DNA of 18,004 nt from Archangium sp. (GTDB taxonomy: Bacteria; Myxococcota; Myxococcia; Myxococcales; Myxococcaceae), in contig JANLPS010000142.1 of NCBI GenBank assembly GCA_031367385.1, positions 1 to 18,004 on the forward strand, in the 5' to 3' direction. How positions within the stretch are numbered: position 1 is the stretch's first letter; every line of letters begins with the position of its first letter. Shown here one piece after another: positions 15,931-18,004 of this stretch. The notes beneath the pieces were generated by a model, which had not been told where the DNA came from, searched no databases, and was given only the letters and a program-made list of their open reading frames with translations. The translations under genes were made by a program, and so were the position numbers.

Positions 15931-17130
15931 TTACTGGCAGAGCCCGGTTGCGGGAGCGCAAGTGCCGGTGCCGCAGACGTTGACCGGGTTGCCCCGGCAG
16001 TCGGGTACGCAGGTGCCGAAGGTCTGGGTGTTGAACTGGTCGCACACGTACCCGGTGCGGCAGCCGGGGTTCGGCGCGCCCGGCGTGCAGCGCTGGCCGC
16101 ACTGCCAGGTGATGTAGGGGCCGCGCTGATCTTGCCCACCCAGGTACGGCAGGCAGATGCCCGCATCGCCGCAGAACTCGTCATTGGTGTTGAGCGTGCA
16201 CTCGCCGTTGCACTGCCCACCAGGGAAGCCGGTCGCGCCGCCGTCGCTGCGGAGCTCGGGCACGCAGTAGAAGAACGGGGCGGGGCCACACTCAGCGTTG
16301 CCGGTGCACGCGCTGCCCGCGGTGGCCATGCTCGGCGGGCCTGCGTCGTAGACGTCGGGCAAGCCGCCGTCGCTCTGGAGCACCCAGCACCCATTCAGAG
16401 GCTGCGTGCTGGAGCCGAAGTTCACGCAGGCGTAGCCCGTGCGGCAGTCACCGTTGTTGTTGCAGCCGCGCATGCAGATGTTCTCGGCCTCGCCCGCGGC
16501 GCCCAAGAAGAACGGGCAAATGTTGTTGCTGGTGCCCGTCGAGACGCACTGGGTCGCGCCCAAGCAGCGCCGGGTGCAGTACCCGTCTTTGTACTCAACG
16601 TTGCCGGGAATGGTCTGCTTCTTACAGAAGGCCAGATACCCGCTCGCGAGGGTGATGCCCGTGCACTCCGAGTCGAGCTTGCAGGCGGTACCGAGGCTGC
16701 CCGCGACGATGCCGGCATCGGGAGGCGTACAGGCGCCGTTGGTGCAGTACTCGCCGACCGCGCACGCCTTGCAGACCGAGCCGTTGGCGCCGCAGTTGGT
16801 GGTGTCGGTGCGCTCGAGGCACAGCCCATTGTTCGTGGTGCACCCGCCGCAGGTCGAGCCGCCATCGCCCCCCCCGCCGCCCGTGCCGGTGACGCCGCAC
16901 TGGTAGGTGGTCTTGTTGCAGACCTGGTTCGTCTTCGAGCAGTCGACGCAGGTGTTGCCTTGCGTACCGCACGCCGAGTTGTCTGAGTTGGCCGGGTCAG
17001 CGACGCACTTGCCGTCAGCCGAGCAGCACCCTTTGCAATTCGCGACGCTGCACTTCGAAGCACCACACGACGGCACGACCGCGACCGCGAAGCCCAGCAA
17101 GGCTCCGAGTGCGAGAACTTTGAAATTCAT
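15931..17130 (-). CDS. Cysteine-rich myxobacterial lipoprotein with two related disulfide-rich domains
   Basis: ATG 17130 with AGGAG upstream, lipobox VPSC, roughly 45 Cys by eye, repeated CRTGYxC motif, DAG/DGG linkers. Confidence 0.85.
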   Translation of the reverse strand: MNFKVLALGALLGFAVAVVPSCGASKCSVANCKGCCSADGKCVADPANSDNSACGTQGNTCVDCSKTNQVCNKTTYQCGVTGTGGGGGDGGSTCGGCTTNNGLCLERTDTTNCGANGSVCKACAVGEYCTNGACTPPDAGIVAGSLGTACKLDSECTGITLASGYLAFCKKQTIPGNVEYKDGYCTRRCLGATQCVSTGTSNNICPFFLGAAGEAENICMRGCNNNGDCRTGYACVNFGSSTQPLNGCWVLQSDGGLPDVYDAGPPSMATAGSACTGNAECGPAPFFYCVPELRSDGGATGFPGGQCNGECTLNTNDEFCGDAGICLPYLGGQDQRGPYITWQCGQRCTPGAPNPGCRTGYVCDQFNTQTFGTCVPDCRGNPVNVCGTGTCAPATGLCQ

Positions 17131-17144
17131 TTCAGACAACTCCT

Positions 17145-17179
17145 AAAAGCGCCTCGCGAGCCCGGTCGGTCGCGAGGCG
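17145..17179 (-). terminator. GC-rich hairpin with a short U tract (terminator-like)
   Basis: 10-bp perfect stem CGCCTCGCGA/TCGCGAGGCG (17150-17159, 17170-17179) followed by CTTTT on the minus strand. Confidence 0.5.
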
Positions 17180-17299
17180 GAGGCCAGCTGTGTGGCCATG
17201 TGGTGAGAACGGCTCTCAATGAAGGTCACGCAAGAAACAGAAACGTGACCCGCACGTCAAGCCTCACCTACCAGGCCTGTAAGAAACGCGCTCGGCCGA

Positions 17300-17761
17300 T
17301 CAGAACGGAATGTCGTCGCCGCCGGCCGGAGGGGGGCCCATGTCTTCGCCCGCAGGAGGCCCGAAGTCGTTGCCACCCTTGCCACCACCGAAGCCGCCTT
17401 CAGCTCGGGGCCCACCAGCACCCGCCGCTCCACCGCCCAAGAACTGCACGGTGTTGGCGACGATTTCGGTGGTGTAATTCTTCTTGTTCTCCTTGTCCGT
17501 CCACTCCCGGGTCTGGAGACGGCCCTCGATGTACGCCTGGCGGCCCTTCTTCAAATACTCGCCGCACAGCTCGGCCAACTTGCCCCACACCACGATGCGA
17601 TGCCACTCGGTGCGCTCTTGTTTCTGCTGGTTCTTGTCGACCCACGACTCGTTGGTCGCGATGCGAAAATTGGCCACCGCCGCGCCCGCCGGAGTGAACC
17701 GAACCTCGGGGTCTGCGCCAAGATTACCGATGAGAATGACCTTATTGACTCCACCTGCCAT
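17300..17761 (-). CDS. ssb: Single-stranded DNA-binding protein
   Basis: [30 protein letters not shown], Gly-rich linker and C-terminal DDIPF. Start reassigned to ATG 17761. Confidence 0.98.
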   Translation of the reverse strand: MAGGVNKVILIGNLGADPEVRFTPAGAAVANFRIATNESWVDKNQQKQERTEWHRIVVWGKLAELCGEYLKKGRQAYIEGRLQTREWTDKENKKNYTTEIVANTVQFLGGGAAGAGGPRAEGGFGGGKGGNDFGPPAGEDMGPPPAGGDDIPF

Positions 17762-17912
17762 GACGACCGTCCTTTTGCTTGCTGCGAAGCCGCTCCACCA
17801 CGGAGCGGTGACAGCCGCATAGCATGAGGGTCTGACATCTTCGCAACGGGGCCGCCGCGCATCGCAGGGCAATCGCATCATCCGTTTTCAGTCATCTCGG
17901 TAGTTTGGCGGC

Positions 17913-18004
17913 ATGCAAGCGAGAGAGACGTGCCTTCGGGTCGCTGTGAATTCATCGAGCGTGAAGTCGGTGGGCTACGACGCGGCGCTTTCGACGTTGG
18001 ACAT
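17913..18004 (+). CDS. 5' part of a KTSC-domain protein (runs off the window)
   Basis: Manual translation MQARETCLRVAVNSSSVKSVGYDAALSTLD fits the KTSC pattern V.SS....VGYD. Not in the ORF track. Confidence 0.7.
   Translation, partial: MQARETCLRVAVNSSSVKSVGYDAALSTLD

Noticed and set aside
14577..16117. ORFs 14577..14990 (-) and 14729..16117 (+) with repeated peptides
   Set aside because: The peptide repeats are only translations of the 42-bp DNA repeat, and the ORFs overlap the HEAT gene or hslO antisense.
15919..16986. 355-aa plus-strand Ala-rich ORF and other short overlapping ORFs in the track
   Set aside because: Antisense or alternate-frame shadows of better supported genes.

Overview
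GC-rich window, probably from a myxobacterium (Myxococcota). This is inferred from the DAG/DGG-linker lipoproteins, an MtsD-like VWA protein and an EpsB-like GH44. The left half holds an 8.4 kb element (725-9126) bounded by 32-bp terminal inverted repeats (30/32 identical) with RIT-type (Recombinase In Trio) end architecture. Instead of three tyrosine recombinases it keeps one intact RitC-like gene and a frameshifted RitB-like 3' fragment. The rest is a cargo operon: BlaI-family repressor, sensor-less M56 peptidase, membrane fusion protein, CusA/CzcA-family RND pump and TolC-family channel. The element splits a host gene, and deleting 725-9126 rejoins its two halves in frame with no target duplication. 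The host flank carries copies of the element's CTATGCGG motif. The right half looks chromosomal: VWA lipoprotein, GH44 hydrolase, HEAT-repeat protein, an intergenic palindromic tandem repeat, hslO, a Cys-rich lipoprotein, ssb and the start of a KTSC-domain gene. All family calls are by-eye motif recognition, not database searches.
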